From Callorhinchus milii (taxonomy: Eukaryota), in assembly GCF_018977255.1 (NCBI RefSeq), contig NW_024704742.1, positions 106,270,001 to 106,334,000 on the forward strand: a stretch of DNA of 64,000 nucleotides. Reading direction: 5' to 3'. Position 1 is the first letter of the stretch. Every line of letters begins with the position of its first letter. The translations under genes were made by a program, and so were the position numbers. The notes under the pieces are model-generated. The model did not search any database. It was not told where the DNA came from and was given only the letters and a program-made list of their open reading frames with translations. Below are positions 12,410-25,350 of this stretch, one piece after another.

Positions 12410-13066
12410 GTCATGCTGGGCAATGTGGCGCTTTCCTCCACCTCTGCTATATTGCCCGCTTCCATCTGTACTTCACTCCAAAAGCTGCCGAAATCCTCAC
12501 CCGCACCTTCAGCACCTCCCGCCTCGACTACTCAAACATCCTCCTCACTGATCTCCCCTGCTCTACTATTCACAAAATTCAACTAATTCAAACCTCCACT
12601 GCCCGCATTCTCACCCGCACTAAACACCGTATCTCCATTACCCCAGTCCTTGCAAAACTCCATTGACTCCTTGTCACAGAGTGGAGTGATTTCAAGATCC
12701 TCCCTCTTGTATTTAAATCTTTTCATGCCCTGGCACGCTCCTATTTCTCCAACCTGCTCTCTCCCTGCACTACTACCCACTGCCTCTGCTCGACTGGCTC
12801 CGGCCTCCACCTTGTCCACCGGACTCTCCGTCCCACCATCAGTGGCCATGCTTTCAGCCACTACACCCCAAAACTGTGGAACTCTCTGCCTCAATCTCTT
12901 CGTCTTGCCCTTTTTGCCCCATTTTCAGGTTGCACTTGAAGACCTTCCTCTTTGACCGTGCCTCCGATCACCTTCCCCCTCCCTCTGGCTCAGCATCGGG
13001 CTCCGCCACTGTTAAGCGCTCCAAGACACTGTCTGGGCGCTGTATAAATGCAAGTTGTTATTGTTG
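12410..13066 (+). mobile_element. L2 LINE 3' fragment with type B tail
   Basis: Translates as TSRLDYSNILL...IQLIQTSTARIL...ITPVLAKLH...DFKIL; ends GCGCTGTATAAATGCAAG(TTG)n. Confidence 0.92.
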
Positions 13067-14544
13067 TACTTTCTCTTATGTTTATGTGAGTGTTTCTGTT
13101 GCCATTAAAGGAACAAAAAGAATAATTATAAAAACTAAATGGATCCTCCTCCAGACAGAGATGGAACTCACTGTTTCTGTTTTAGTTTAATATTCAGCAC
13201 ACTAATCTTTCCTTCTTGTATCTGTCTTGTGTAATAATGATGCCTGGACTGTGAGTCAAAAGATAGCAATGAAATTTTGGAATATCGCTATAGCTAAGAG
13301 AATAAAGAAATAATAAAGAAATGAAAAGTCGAATTACAATGAAATTGTTTATTCATCCAATATGAACTTGGAGCATTACATAATAATAATGCACCATAAC
13401 TGGAGCTCAGTAAATATTATTTCCTTTTGGAGATGCAATATAATACCTAAAGCTCAGTACATCACTGGTGCTTTTTTTACACACTGTGAAGAATCATTTC
13501 AGCTTCTGATATGAAGCTGCAACCTAGAAACCTTACTGTAGAGCACCACTAATTGCAGAATGTCTTCTGTGAGATGTGAGGTAGAACTGTGAGGTTGTCT
13601 CCATGACTACAGAAAGGATTGGAGCAATAATAAGTTGCTGCATGGTTACAAAGTGCTCTCAGCAGGTAACAGTAGTTAGAGAAATGTTTTTTCAGTTGCA
13701 TGAAACAGCTGTAGAAATATTTTGAGAACTCTTAAAAATGATAACAATATCAGTCATTTTCACAGATATGAGCTTGCTTTATACTTCAACAGAATTTCGC
13801 ATATAGGATGCCAAATTAAAAACTGTAGAGAGGTAAAGATACAGACTGGAGATGCATTGGCTTTAACGTGCTGACTCGAATAATGATCTAGTAATATTTA
13901 AACTGGGTTAAAATATTCGCAAGGCATAGTTTGGGTTGCATTACAGGCTTTCTGTTTAAAATTCTCAAGCCCCTGCTATGCAAATATAAGGCAGGAATCT
14001 TTCAAGAGTGAAGTATTAGTGCAATATTATCCATTACCTCAGCCTTCCCAGGCATCATTACATTAGCATTGCTCTCCTGTGCATTGTGTTGCCTTTAATA
14101 TTTTTCCACTAGGTTAACGCATGCACAATTCTCGGCACAAAACAATTCAGCTTTCTATGAATTTTTTCTGTGTACTGTGTCAGAGACAAGGCACAGTGGG
14201 TAAATGTTGTAGCTGTGATCATTTGCTAAGTAATAACTACACATACATAGCATCTATTTATTCGCAATACTACCCACCAGTTCCCTAACTTCTGTGTTGG
14301 CGTATTTATGTTTTCTGGGAGGATTTTTCTAACTAGCGGCGAATGGAAGATTCATGTTACATTTACTGGTATAAAAGAAAATTGGTTATGTTGTCAGAAT
14401 GTCAGTGCAGTGTCATATGTACTTTTATTGGCTTTAAATTTATCAGTTAACAACATAATCAACTTAACAAATAATAAACAGCTCAAATCATAAGTAAACT
14501 TAATTGTTCCATGAGTTAATAATAATAATTTTGGGTATTTATTG

Positions 14545-15310
14545 CTGTCCTCTCAGACTACCTGTCAGACATCAAGTCCTGGATGAGAGTTAACTTTCTC
14601 CAGTTGAATGTCAACAAGACCGAGGCCCTTCTGCTTGGCTCCTGTTAGTGCTTCCATACTTCGGGTATCGACAGAATCGCCCTTCATTGATGCACTCTAC
14701 ATCCCATGTAGCCAATATGGAACCTCGGCATCCTGTTCGACCCTCAACTGTCCTTCATCCCCCACATCCATGCCATGCCAACTCTGCCACTGGGTCTCAC
14801 CACAGGCGGCCGAGACCCTCATTCACTCATTCATCATATCCAGGCTCGACTATGCAAACTTTACTGCTTGTCGGCCACCCCAACTCTTCCCTCCAAAGGC
14901 TGCAGATCATCTAGAACTCTGCAGCCCATGTCCTCTTCCGCACCACTCTGAGACCCTATCACCTCCATCCTCCCCGAATCCACTGGCTTCCTATCACACA
15001 GAGGATACAGTTCAAGATCCTGGTCCTCAGTTTCAAAGCCTTGCTCCACAGTTTTGCTCCTCCCTACCTCTGTGACTTCTTAACCCCCTACTAACCTGTC
15101 CACTCCCTCTGCAGAGCGGGCTCCGGCTGCTTTGCCCATTGCACCATTGGCAGGTGGACCTTCAACCTCTCTGCCCCCACCCTCTGGAACTTCATCCCAC
15201 AGTCCCTCTGTTTCGTCCCAACCACCAGCTTGGGTATGGATCCCTGACTGTCCAGCGCATTGGGATGGCCTCCTGACGTGAAAGGCGCTATAAAAATGTA
15301 ATTTGTTGTA
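14545..15310 (+). mobile_element. L2 LINE 3' fragment with type A tail
   Basis: CLSDIKSWMRVNFLQLNVNKTE-like start, then AAETLIHSFIISRLDYAN; tail CTCCTGACGTGAAAGGCGCTATAAAAATGTAATTTGTTG. Confidence 0.92.
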
Positions 15311-15434
15311 TTTTTAACAAAATAAAACGACAGCTGAAGGATCACAGTTTTTCAGAGCAAAACCTCACATATTGTGTATCAGGTAAACATTCCACATCTC
15401 CTAGAACTATAGGGATTGACAGCCCATCATGCCT

Positions 15435-15600
15435 GTGTCATAAATTCCTATGATTCTAGAGCTGAAAGAGTTATCCATTTAGTCTCATTCTCCTGCCTCT
15501 TTTATACTTCTCCTTTTCAGTTATCTATCTGATTCCCTTTTAAACATTAGTATAGATTACGTCCCAAACATGGCTCATTCCCCAACAACCCTCAAAACAA
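15435..15600 (-). mobile_element. CR1 3' end fragment
   Basis: Resembles the reverse CR1 3' ends at 25050 and 47670 (TTATCTATCTGATTCCCTTTTAAAC). An inverted CTATGATTCTAG tail motif lies at 15401-15461. Confidence 0.5.
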
Positions 15601-16082
15601 CAAACTACTGAAAAATGCTTTTCATTCGACCAGAGCACTGAAAACACAGTGTTCTAACTAAAACCTGGTTGAGGACAGTTAATCTGATTGAAGATATCTG
15701 AAGACGTTGTGAATCACTTTTGGGATGCTGACAAATTACCTGCCTTTAGTGTATCATCAGAGATTTATCTGCCTCTGTCTGTACTAGCACACTGATTTGT
15801 TGAAGCGGCAAAGGACCAGGAAAAAGTGGTGACTCAAACAGGTGGAAAGTATGTAATTGAAGAGTAATAATGGATTCTGCCTGCATCCTGCCAGGGAATT
15901 GAGGATAGCAGACAGATTAATGGAGTCAACCTATGGCCTCATCTGTCCTCAATTCCCCAGTACAGTAAGGCAAGTCATTCATTATTACTAAGTTGCAGCT
16001 TATAACTGTATTTCTTGCCCGATATTTTTGATTATAAGACGTATTTTCTAAGGCTCTGGTAATTCATTTCATTTTTTATCTA

Positions 16083-16335
16083 TTTTATGCTTAGGGGGTA
16101 CTCTTCAAGGTGAGAGAATTTTAGAGTTGAGAAATGAAACACTTTTCTATGTCAGGCACCCAGGGTCAACACCAAACACTCCTTGTTTAGGTACGGCATA
16201 GTTGGATGTAAAGTTCCTTCTACTTTAGTAGTGCAATACATGTCTCAGTCCCAACATGAGAAGAGCACCCTCTAATGACATTTTTCACTTCTGTCTCTAG
16301 TATAATTGTCAATTTAGTACCAATTAGTGTCAAAG
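16083..16335 (-). mobile_element. Ancient SINE 3' part (LF-SINE/AmnSINE2-like)
   Basis: Reverse complement GGTACTAAATTGACA...GAGGGTGCTCTTCTCATGTTGGGACTGAGACA...GGAGTGTTTGGTGTTGACCCTGGGTGCC. A related copy at 24268-24420 also begins TCTTCAAGGTGA. Family name is from memory. Confidence 0.5.
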
Positions 16336-17870
16336 TAAGAGCAGTTTTGTACCATCAATTCCTGCCCATGAGGAACTGGGCAGACTCTTATTACCAAGAA
16401 TTTTGGAAAGCCATTTTGCAAATGTTTGTTGAATAACAAAATGATCCCTAGTCAGTGCTTCATGTAGAGAAATGATATTAATTTGAAATGGGCCAATAAC
16501 TTACTTTACTTTGCAATTCAAAGGTGGAAATTGTGAAATGTGATGTGTTAATTATCATAAGTGACAATTACCATTCCAATGCTAAATGCAAATGAAACTA
16601 AAGACTGCTTCCCCCATCACCCACCCCCAGCTGTGTTCTGCATCCAAAATGCAATGGCTGCCATGCCATCCAATCATTATCACATAGATCGGGGCTGTTG
16701 GGAATCATGACCATGGGCTGGTCATCGACTCTCTGAACTGCATTTATCATTTACAAGTTTCAAAGAACCATTTTAATGTTATTTTTTAACCTGTTATCGG
16801 ATGTCCTCAACAAGAGAAAAATCAAAGAAATACGTATAACTTTTGAGGTCCTGCTCGGAATCAGTGCTGCAAGCGAATACATCTTCACTTCCAAGAGAAT
16901 ATTTTTTGGCATCAAAAGGAGTGTTCAGTCTCCCTTACGTAAAATATATTTATTGTTGCAATTTGAACACAAATCTCCATAAAACTGTTTATCAAGAGCT
17001 ACACAAAACCACATATCACATACTGGTTATTTTTTTCCTTTGTAATTCTCTTTACTGACTGTTTTGCAAATGTCTGTGAACTGCATGACCACATCACCAA
17101 TGTTGACATCGCTACAATTTCTCTCAATACTCTGTCAGTGTAATTTTAACTGCTGTACTCATTAGCATGAGTTTTATTTTCTGGAGGAAAGTGTGCATCA
17201 CAAACATTTACAGTTGGGAGAATGATTACGGCCATAATTTAATCTAGAGGTTCAAATGGCATCAATAAACCACCAGAACTTTGCTCCCATGTCTTATGAT
17301 GTCACTCAAATCTCTGGAGTAAATTACAGCCTTATTACTTCCCATCATTAATGATTTTCAATGTAACAGCCAGGGTCTCGTTATAGAGAGTGTTTTATAT
17401 GAGTTTTGTATCAAGTATCGGTCAGGGAACCTTGAAATATGAAGACTCTGTCAGTGCCCTTATGCCTTGAGGCAGCTGGATGCTGTGTTGTTGAAGTTGC
17501 AGTTTGTAATCTGGACAAGAGTATACACTTACAGAAGGTCTCAGCCAAAACTAACAGCAGCAACTGGGATGAACAGAGTGACTACAGAGAACAGTCAGCC
17601 TTCAGTTTCTATTCACTACAGCAGCTTCCTGATCATTTAGAGCTACACATAAAATAGTCTCTTATGAAAGGCATGTTGATACATTTTCAGTCAGTGATGT
17701 CGTGGTTTGGGTGTGAAAACCTTGATTTCCCTTTGTTGTTGTGTTTCACGTACAAGATGTGTTATTTTTAATATTTTCAGCCGTACAGAATATTTGGCTG
17801 CCACCTGTGGTATATATTGAATGGCTTCATAACTATTGTGCCATCACAGCTAGTGGGAACATTATGTCTC

Positions 17871-18560
17871 TGGAGCTGGAACAGAATTCCAGGATATTGA
17901 ATCACTTCCCCTCAAACACAACCTTGTTTTTAAGTGTCCTGCCTATGTTTTGAAGTCAATTGACTTTATAGTATCTTCTGTGAGACGCTTTGACATGTCT
18001 CAACTACGTGATAAGACGCTAATAATAATCTTTGCTTTTAATAGGTCAAAACATCTCAAAGAACCCCACAAAAATGATTATAAGTCCTGCCAGGAATTTG
18101 AAATGTAAGAAACCAGTCAACCTTCTGTGGTTGTTTGGGTCCTAAACCAGGCTCCAAGGGGCTGTTCATGACAGACCAGCCAGCCTAGCTTGTTTGTAAG
18201 ACATGGAGGAGCAGACCAGAGGTTTTTCTCCTACTCAGCTCCTGTTAACAGTGTTTTGAGGGAGGAGTGATTGGGGGATTATTGCAAGTCTGGAGGGTGC
18301 TTTAACATTCTCCATTGCGCTTTGTGAGCTGACTGGAATATAGAAATGCTAATGAATTAATAATTTAAGAATATATTTAATAAGATATTGCTGTGTTTCT
18401 ACTTAATTATTGGTAAGGTATTTCTTCCATCTCAATTATCTAACCATGTGAGTATGATAATTTCATATTTTGTTGATGTTCTACCCATATAGTGTGAGCA
18501 TCTTCAAGTTATATTGCAGTGTAGTTCTGTTAAGGTGAAGGAGCGGGTGATGTTTTTGTG
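17871..18560 (+). repeat. Local duplication, copy A
   Basis: Collinear with 19857-20865 from TGGAGCTGGA.CAGAATTCCAGGATATTGAATCACTTCC to AAGGTGAAGGAGC..GTGATGTTTTTGTG. Confidence 0.95.
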
Positions 18561-19856
18561 CTTTTTTCTTCAGTGTGTCTTTGGAATTAAAAGCCTCATC
18601 TGTGGAAAATGTAAATGCGGATCAGTTATTAACCTCAAAAAAGGTTGCACCTTATTATACCACAAATAAAATCATCCGATAGATTTAACTATCACTTCTG
18701 TCTCATTACTTAAACCTTTGTTAGTAATTATAAATTAATTGGAAAGATTACAGCCAGCAGGCAGGTATATCTTAATTATGGAGTTTGCTAGTTTGTAACT
18801 TTAGTCACTTAAAAGTCCCTGGGAAACGTCCATATCTGTGTATATCATAAATGTAGCACTTTTTATTGCATATGTGAATGCTCATTACTGGCTAAATTGT
18901 AAAATTATGTATCTTTTTGAATCAAAGATGATACTTTTGAACTATAATGAAAATGAACTCCTGACATTTAACAATACAACATGTTTAAATCGATCACATG
19001 TGTTTATCATCTATGCCAATCTGTTAAATATCTACAATAACCAGTAGTGGTATAGCTTTGCGATAAGAAGTTACTTAAAATTTGTGTGACAGACAGACAC
19101 CAGATAATCCTGATAATCCCCTTCTTTGGGCTTTGTACCCATTGAAAGGGCTTTAAATTGAACATAATGGAGCTGTAGGCTTCTGAACTAGTTGCAGAAC
19201 CCTACAAGTATCAAGGTCTCTATGTCCTTAAGTTAATTTTGACCTTTTAAATCCACCAAGTCCTTGCCCTTTCCTACAGGTTCAGGAGCAATCGAATGGC
19301 ATGCCTGTCTGCACTGAGTCAGAGTGACAAGCATTCTGTCAGAGTTTAATTAGATTTCTCTTTTTATAACTCTGAAACTCAATATCTTTCTCTTGTGCAG
19401 TCTGCTGCTATGATTGGTCCTCAGGGACACTGAGACTCAGGGTCATGAGCACAGTGTGATCATTACATCATGCCTCTGAAGGATAACAGGAGACAGACTG
19501 ATCAGCGCAGGTAATCAGGACCTTTACAGAGATTAGGCCACAGTTACACAAGTATGTATCTACTCTGCTTTGTGAAAAGAGCTTGATATTCAGTGTCATT
19601 TCCAACCATTGTCTTTTATTTTTTATATGCACAATTAGTTCTGGGTTGCTAATACCTATGCTTTATTGAACTACTGATGATCTGGAGCTAATTGATCATA
19701 AATCCTTGTTAAAAACACTTGGTTCCAATCTTTTGCCAAATGAAAGTATCCAGAATTACAAGTGAATCTCTATATAAACCTTCCATTACAGGGGGCTATA
19801 CCTTTGGGTTAGGGTTACACTGCTACCCATATACAAACTTGAGCCAAGTACCCTCT

Positions 19857-20865
19857 TGGAGCTGGATCAGAATTCCAGGATATTGAATCACTTCCTCCTC
19901 AAACGCAACCATGCTTTCAAGTGTCCTGCCTAAATTATAGTCAATTGACTTTACAGTATATTCTGTGAAGTGCTTTGAGACATCTCAACTACATGATAAG
20001 GTGTTATATCAAATGCAAGAATTATAATTATAATGCAAGGTAGAGTAATATAGCATAACTAATAATAACCTTTGCTTTTGATGTACCATCTTGTGAGGTC
20101 AAAACATCTCAAAGGACCCCCCAAAATTATTATGGTTGTTTGGATCCTAAACCAGGCTCCAAGGTATTGTTTATGACAGACCAGCCAGCCTAGCTTTTTG
20201 TAGGAAATGGAGGAGCAGCCCAAAAGTTTTTTCCTACTCAGCTACTGTTAACAGAGTTTTGAGTGGGGATTGGGTAGGGGATTATTGCAAGTCTGGAGGG
20301 TGCTTTAACATTCTCCATTGCATTTTGTGAGCTGACTGGAATATAGAAATGCTAATGAATTCATAATACTGATCCAGGTATAGAACTCAGAATATATTCT
20401 AACAGGATATTGCTGTGTCTCTACTTAATTATTGGTTAGGTATTCATTGCACCTCAATCTAACTATGTGCATATGATAATTTAATGTTTGTTGATGTACT
20501 ACCCATATAGTATGAGGATCTTCTAGTTATAGTTACATCTTCAAGTGGAGTCCTGCAGCTCAGTGGTTAGAGCACTCGCCTTGCAAGCGAGGCACCTGGA
20601 TTCAATTCCAGGCAGGGCGAAACCTTGGGCAAGTGTCCTTACTCCACACGCCTAATAATAATAATCCCTGCAAAAAAAAATTAATAATTTTCAATCCACC
20701 ACTGCTTGTGGGACACTGTTATGCGCAATTGGCTGCCTCGTTTCACCCACAAATATACGGTCAATTCACTTTACAGCATATTCTGTGAAGCACTTATTAT
20801 TATTTATTATTATATTGCAGTGTAGTTCTATTGGTGAAGGTGAAGGAGCCAGTGATGTTTTTGTG
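19857..20865 (+). repeat. Local duplication, copy B (carries a SINE insertion)
   Basis: Collinear with 17871-18560 except for the SINE at 20547-20810 and small indels. Confidence 0.95.
20547..20810 (+). mobile_element. tRNA(Ala)-derived SINE, short form
   Basis: GGAGTCCTGCAGCTCAGTGGTTAGAGC...CTCCACACGCCTAATAATAAT...; absent from the paralogous site at 18509/18510. Confidence 0.92.
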
Positions 20866-20919
20866 TGAAAGTTTTTGGATCAGTACATTTTACAGAAAAC
20901 ATGAAGACTACATAAGGCA

Positions 20920-21105
20920 GAATGGATTAGAGGAGGGCAGGTGAAAGGAACAGGAGGGTTGGGGGATAGTGTATATATCAACAGCAGCATGGACACGTTG
21001 GACGAAATGGCCTGTTTCATGTCCCTCTACATAACCATATGTTCCATAGTGTTCTGAGATGCTACCCTGCTTGAGGGGCGCTAGACAAATGCAAATTGTT
21101 GTTGT
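20920..21105 (+). mobile_element. CR1 3' end followed by an isolated L2 type B tail
   Basis: GCATGGACACGTTGGACGAAATGGCCTGTTTC (CR1 3' stem), then GAGATGCTACCCTGCTTGAGGGGCGCTAGACAAATGCAAA(TTG)n. Confidence 0.7.
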
Positions 21106-21466
21106 TCTTATATGTAAGAGTCTGCACTCCTTCCAAATGCAAATAGATCTATTATGCAGGTGTTTAGCATCGCAGTGGGAATGATGACAAGTTCTATGTG
21201 ATCTTTCAATAGTGTTGGCAAAACAGTTTAATTTGGGTGGACTTCAGGCACAAACATCCTTTGTGAATACTGCTCTCAAAACCATCTTGGATTTGGCAGC
21301 AGACTGGTAGTTTTCTTTGCAGTCCAAACCATCTGTTCTCTCTCATGTAAACCCCTCATGTTACAGCAATTTCAGCAGATTCACAAGCAATCTTGATGGT
21401 GGATGATATAATAATAGCAGCAAATCATTTTCTTCATATATTGCAGCCATTACTATCTGTCTAGAA

Positions 21467-22647
21467 TAGGCTTATCTAAAATGTTAGCCATTAGCCACAT
21501 GTGGCGAATTAGGAATCCAGATGTGGCAAAATTTGATTAGTAAATTAAAAACTGAGTAATAGACACCATTGTTGGACATGTGATCTCAATTCTCATTCGA
21601 ATGGGGTATGTGTACTTTGATCTTGTTGTGCGATTGTGAGTAAGATGGTAAGATGAAAAGCAACATGTGCGAGTGTTTTTTGGGGCGTTGTATGTGCTTT
21701 ACTATCTTGTTACTGCTTGTTGGTTATGTACTAACATGGTGTGTAACACGGGTGACAAAGCCGGATTTCAGCACCATGGAAACACCAGCAATATTGTACG
21801 GAGAGGGGGGTGCTGCCAATCGGAATAACCACTCCGGGCCAGCAGAAGAAAACAAGCCCAGTCAATAACAAGCAACTCCAACAGGGCATGTCATGGCAAA
21901 GGGCAAGCAGCATCCAACCACATTCTGGATGGAAAGCAGGGGCAGGTGTGGCACATCTAGCAAAAGACAAGTAAAGAGAAGACTGCAAAGTTTCGAACTG
22001 AATGGTGGTAGATGTTTGTTAAGTAAAAATAATAATAATTCCATTTGATATAGCACCTTATCAGTGTGTGTAGTGTAGCTTATTGTGGATTGTGGAGTCC
22101 TGTAACTTAATGGTTGAAGCACTCACCTCGCAAGCGAGAGGACCTGGGTTTGATTCCAATAGGGATGAAATGTTGGACAAGTTTCCTTACTCCACACGCC
22201 TCTGTTTACTTAGGAGTAAGTAGGAACCTGTTTGTTAGTTGATTGGCCAATCACTTTTTCGGGGGTAATAATTCCTTCAAAAAAACAAAAATTGGTCAGT
22301 TCAATCCACGACTGTTTTTGAGACACTGCTGTGTGCAATTGGCTGCTGTGTTTCGTCCACAAAAATATACAGTCAATTCAGTTTACAGTATATTCTGTGA
22401 AGCTCTTTGAGACGTCTCAAAGACATGATAAAGCGCTATATCAAATGCAAGGATTATTATTATTATTATCATTGCCCAATTTATTGCCCAATATTTCACC
22501 CTAAACATGTAAACGTATAAGTGAAGTACATTTACCCATATTGTGTGAGTGTATGTAAGTTTTTTACTAAAATTAGTGCGTGTGGCTAAAATGATATCTC
22601 AGTAGCTATCCCTGTGGCCTGTCAGTAATTTCTATTGAACAACACTG
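21467..22647. mobile_element. hAT/Charlie1-like (MER3/MER33-type) non-autonomous DNA transposon remnant
   Basis: Left end TAGCCATTAGCCACATGTGGC follows GTCTAGAA, which fits the NTCTAGAN target preference. Right end reverse complement is CAGTGTTGTTCAATAGAAAT...GCCAC. That both ends belong to one element is inferred. Confidence 0.55.
22094..22468 (+). mobile_element. tRNA(Ala)-derived SINE, long form, full length
   Basis: GGAGTCCTGTAACTTAATGG head, central GTTTACTTAGGAGTAAGTAGGAACC, tail AAAGCGCTATATCAAATGCAAGGA(TTA)n. Confidence 0.93.
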
Positions 22648-24429
22648 GAGAATGAATGAACACCCCAGGGCCAGCCATGACCATAACAAAATGATCTTAC
22701 CCCTATTATCATCAGTCTGAAGTTTGCAGTGACATAATTGTAAGGGTTTTAGTACTTTCACAATATTGCACCATTGATCACATAGGTTGAGAATCTATTA
22801 TTGTAATACTAATCTCGCATTTGATGTAGCACCTGATTACATCTTTGAAATGTCTCAAAGCATTGCACAGGATTTTACTGGGAAGTGCAGTGGCTGTGTT
22901 TTCCAAGCAAATTGTTATATCTTGGTGGGTATTTTTAAAGTATGTACATTAACACCAGGGCCCCTGGAATTCTACAGGGGACAATAGGGAAATCCAGAGT
23001 TAAACATGAACAAATTGTGGAGCAATTCAACCTTATAGCTTTCGGGACTCAACGGAGTACAATTGTGATTTGCATTACAGTACTGATTTAAATAAAATCC
23101 ACTTGTGTTGTATGGTAACACATGTAAGGTCAATTTTACACCTGATTTGTACTGTGACTTGAAGAGTGTAGAAGGATGACAATCCGGGCAGTGTATAATT
23201 CCTTTTATGATATACCTTGAATTTGGCATTTTATAATTTTGGGATGAACATTGTGACCGCTGATGCGAGAATTTACATTTAATTGAAAAATACGGGCAGA
23301 TGATTTCTCAAGTTATCCATCCATCTATCCAGGCAAGTGACCATCCTCCTCATTCCATCATAGAAGCTAACACACAGATCATGGCCTCTCAGACAGTGGG
23401 ATTAAAGCCCATCAGAAAGAGCCAGTTTACCTCAACAACATAAAATCTGAGTAAAGCCTATATCCTCCTAAATAGGACTCAAATTTTCCTATTTATATAA
23501 GTCCAATTGGTTCCTCCTCCGGAACCCAGTTATGATAGAGTGATATATGTGCATGGGGATACTGTGATGGAGACATAAATGCTGTTCAGTACTGGTATCA
23601 AACTTTTAATAATTTAAGAGAAGTCAAGAAGAGTGTCCACTTCACTATTAAGGCTGTTGTCACTTTAGTTTTGGCCTTAGAATGTGGCTTTGATGACTCT
23701 GCAATAGCGCAGTAAAATCTGCACAACAGCGTTGTGAATTCCTCTCATATTAAACTGGTCAAAGGTGGTCCATTAGAACTATTTTTCATTGAATTCTCTG
23801 AATGCTAATGACAGCACTTTGTGTAGCACAGAGGCCAAATGTAACATAAAACAGCGTGGGGAATGCTTTATAAAATTAGCCATAAATGCTACTTATTGAA
23901 AACACATTTTCTTAACAGAGCAAAGGTAATAAATATGTTAAAATACACTGCTCTTCTGTGGTCTGGTCATAATTTTAAATGAACAACTGTGTTTTACTGT
24001 CAATTCCCCCTATATGCAAGACAGATATTACATTAAAGTTTGTTGGTAATAGCAATGGCGCCAAGGAGTGTTTCAGACTTTTACCAGAGCTATTTATCAA
24101 CCTGTAGGTAAGAATGGCGGAACTAGTATTCTCAATTTCTCATTCTATTTTCTTTGAAGTTGACATATTGTGTCAAACCCTGTAACATAGCCCAAAATTA
24201 CTCTTCTTCTTAATAGGTCAGTTTGTTTTGTGCAATTTATATCACTACTATTTTCACATATTGATCTCTTCAAGGTGAAGGATGTTAGCACTGAGAAAAG
24301 GAATGCCTTTCCATTGTTCGGCACCCACTGTCAGCACAAAGAACTCCAAAGTGAAGTATAGAACATTTTGGTACAGAGCACAGATCCCTCCATCCGCTTT
24401 ACCTCAGGAATGTGTCACTTTCCTTATCA

Positions 24430-24823
24430 AATACCAGCCAACCTGCAGCAAACTTGGGCACAGCAATGTCCTGCAAACAGCCATAATGTAACTGACCAAA
24501 TTTTTTGTCGGGGGAGGGATTGTTGGCCAGGGCAAAGGGAAAAACTCCCTTCTCTTTTCAAATAGTGCCTTAGGAACATCCACCTGAGCAGGCAGATGGG
24601 ACCTCAGGTTAAGATCCCCTCTGAAGGACATTGCAACACTTCATTAGTGTTGTATTGGAGTGACAACCTAAACTAAGAGTTCAAAGTCAAATCGGGCTGT
24701 GTCAACCCACAACCTTTTGACCTCTTTAAGGTTGCTACCCTGCATGAGGGTCGCTATATAAATGCAAGTTGTTATTGTTGACTCATAGGTGAGAGTGCTA
24801 TGACCTGAGCCAAGCTGACACCC
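24430..24823 (-). mobile_element. Deu-core SINE interrupted by an L2 type B tail (~24725-24780, +)
   Basis: ACATCCACCTGAGCAGGCAGATGGGACCTCAGGTTAA core and GAGAGTGCTATGACCTGAGCCAAGCTGACAC head. The inserted tail sits between two TTGAC motifs. Confidence 0.8.
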
Positions 24824-24936
24824 CAAAATTTGGCAAAATGTTGAATTTAGTCTTAAATTTAATGCAAGTTAAAAGCTAGTTTTCTGAAGTTCTTAAAGTA
24901 AAGACAACATGATAAGGTGATATATCAAATATTATA

Positions 24937-25035
24937 CAGGGTGACTAAAAAGTCACAATTACAATGTCTAATAGGTCTTAAAAAATGTTTTTTTTAAAAT
25001 AATAGGGTAGTTATCATGACTTTTTGTTCACCCTG
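24937..25035. mobile_element. Tc1/mariner-type MITE, 99 bp
   Basis: TA|CAGGGTGACTAAAAAGTCA ... TGACTTTTTGTTCACCCTG|TA: 19-bp TIRs with 2 mismatches and TA on both sides. Confidence 0.9.
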
Positions 25036-25049
25036 TATAAATAAAATAT

Positions 25050-25350
25050 AGAACTAGAACCATAGAAATTTGCAGCACAAAAGAAGCCCATTCAGACAAT
25101 CATGTCTATGCTGGCTCTTTTAAGACCAATCCTTTCAGTCTCATTTACCTATCCTTTCCCCATATCCCTGCAGTTTATTCCTTTGTAGGTATATATCTAA
25201 TTCCTTTTTGAAAGCTAATATGGATTCTGCCTCAACCATTGCTCCCATCTGGGAATTTCATATCCTAACTTAACTATCCTGTGTGTGAAAAAAATCTTCC
25301 TAACCTCCCCAATTGCTCATTTGCTAACTATCTTAAATTGTTGCCCTCCA
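25050..25350 (-). mobile_element. CR1 LINE 3' fragment
   Basis: TAGAACCATAGAAA tail in reverse, CCCATTCAGAC, AAAAAATCTTCCTAACCTCCCC. Confidence 0.75.

Noticed and set aside
17527..17585. Minus-strand hydrophobic stretch (QLLLLVLAETF) ending at a GTAAGT donor, like a leader exon
   Set aside because: No in-frame ATG, a stop just upstream, and no downstream V exon found.
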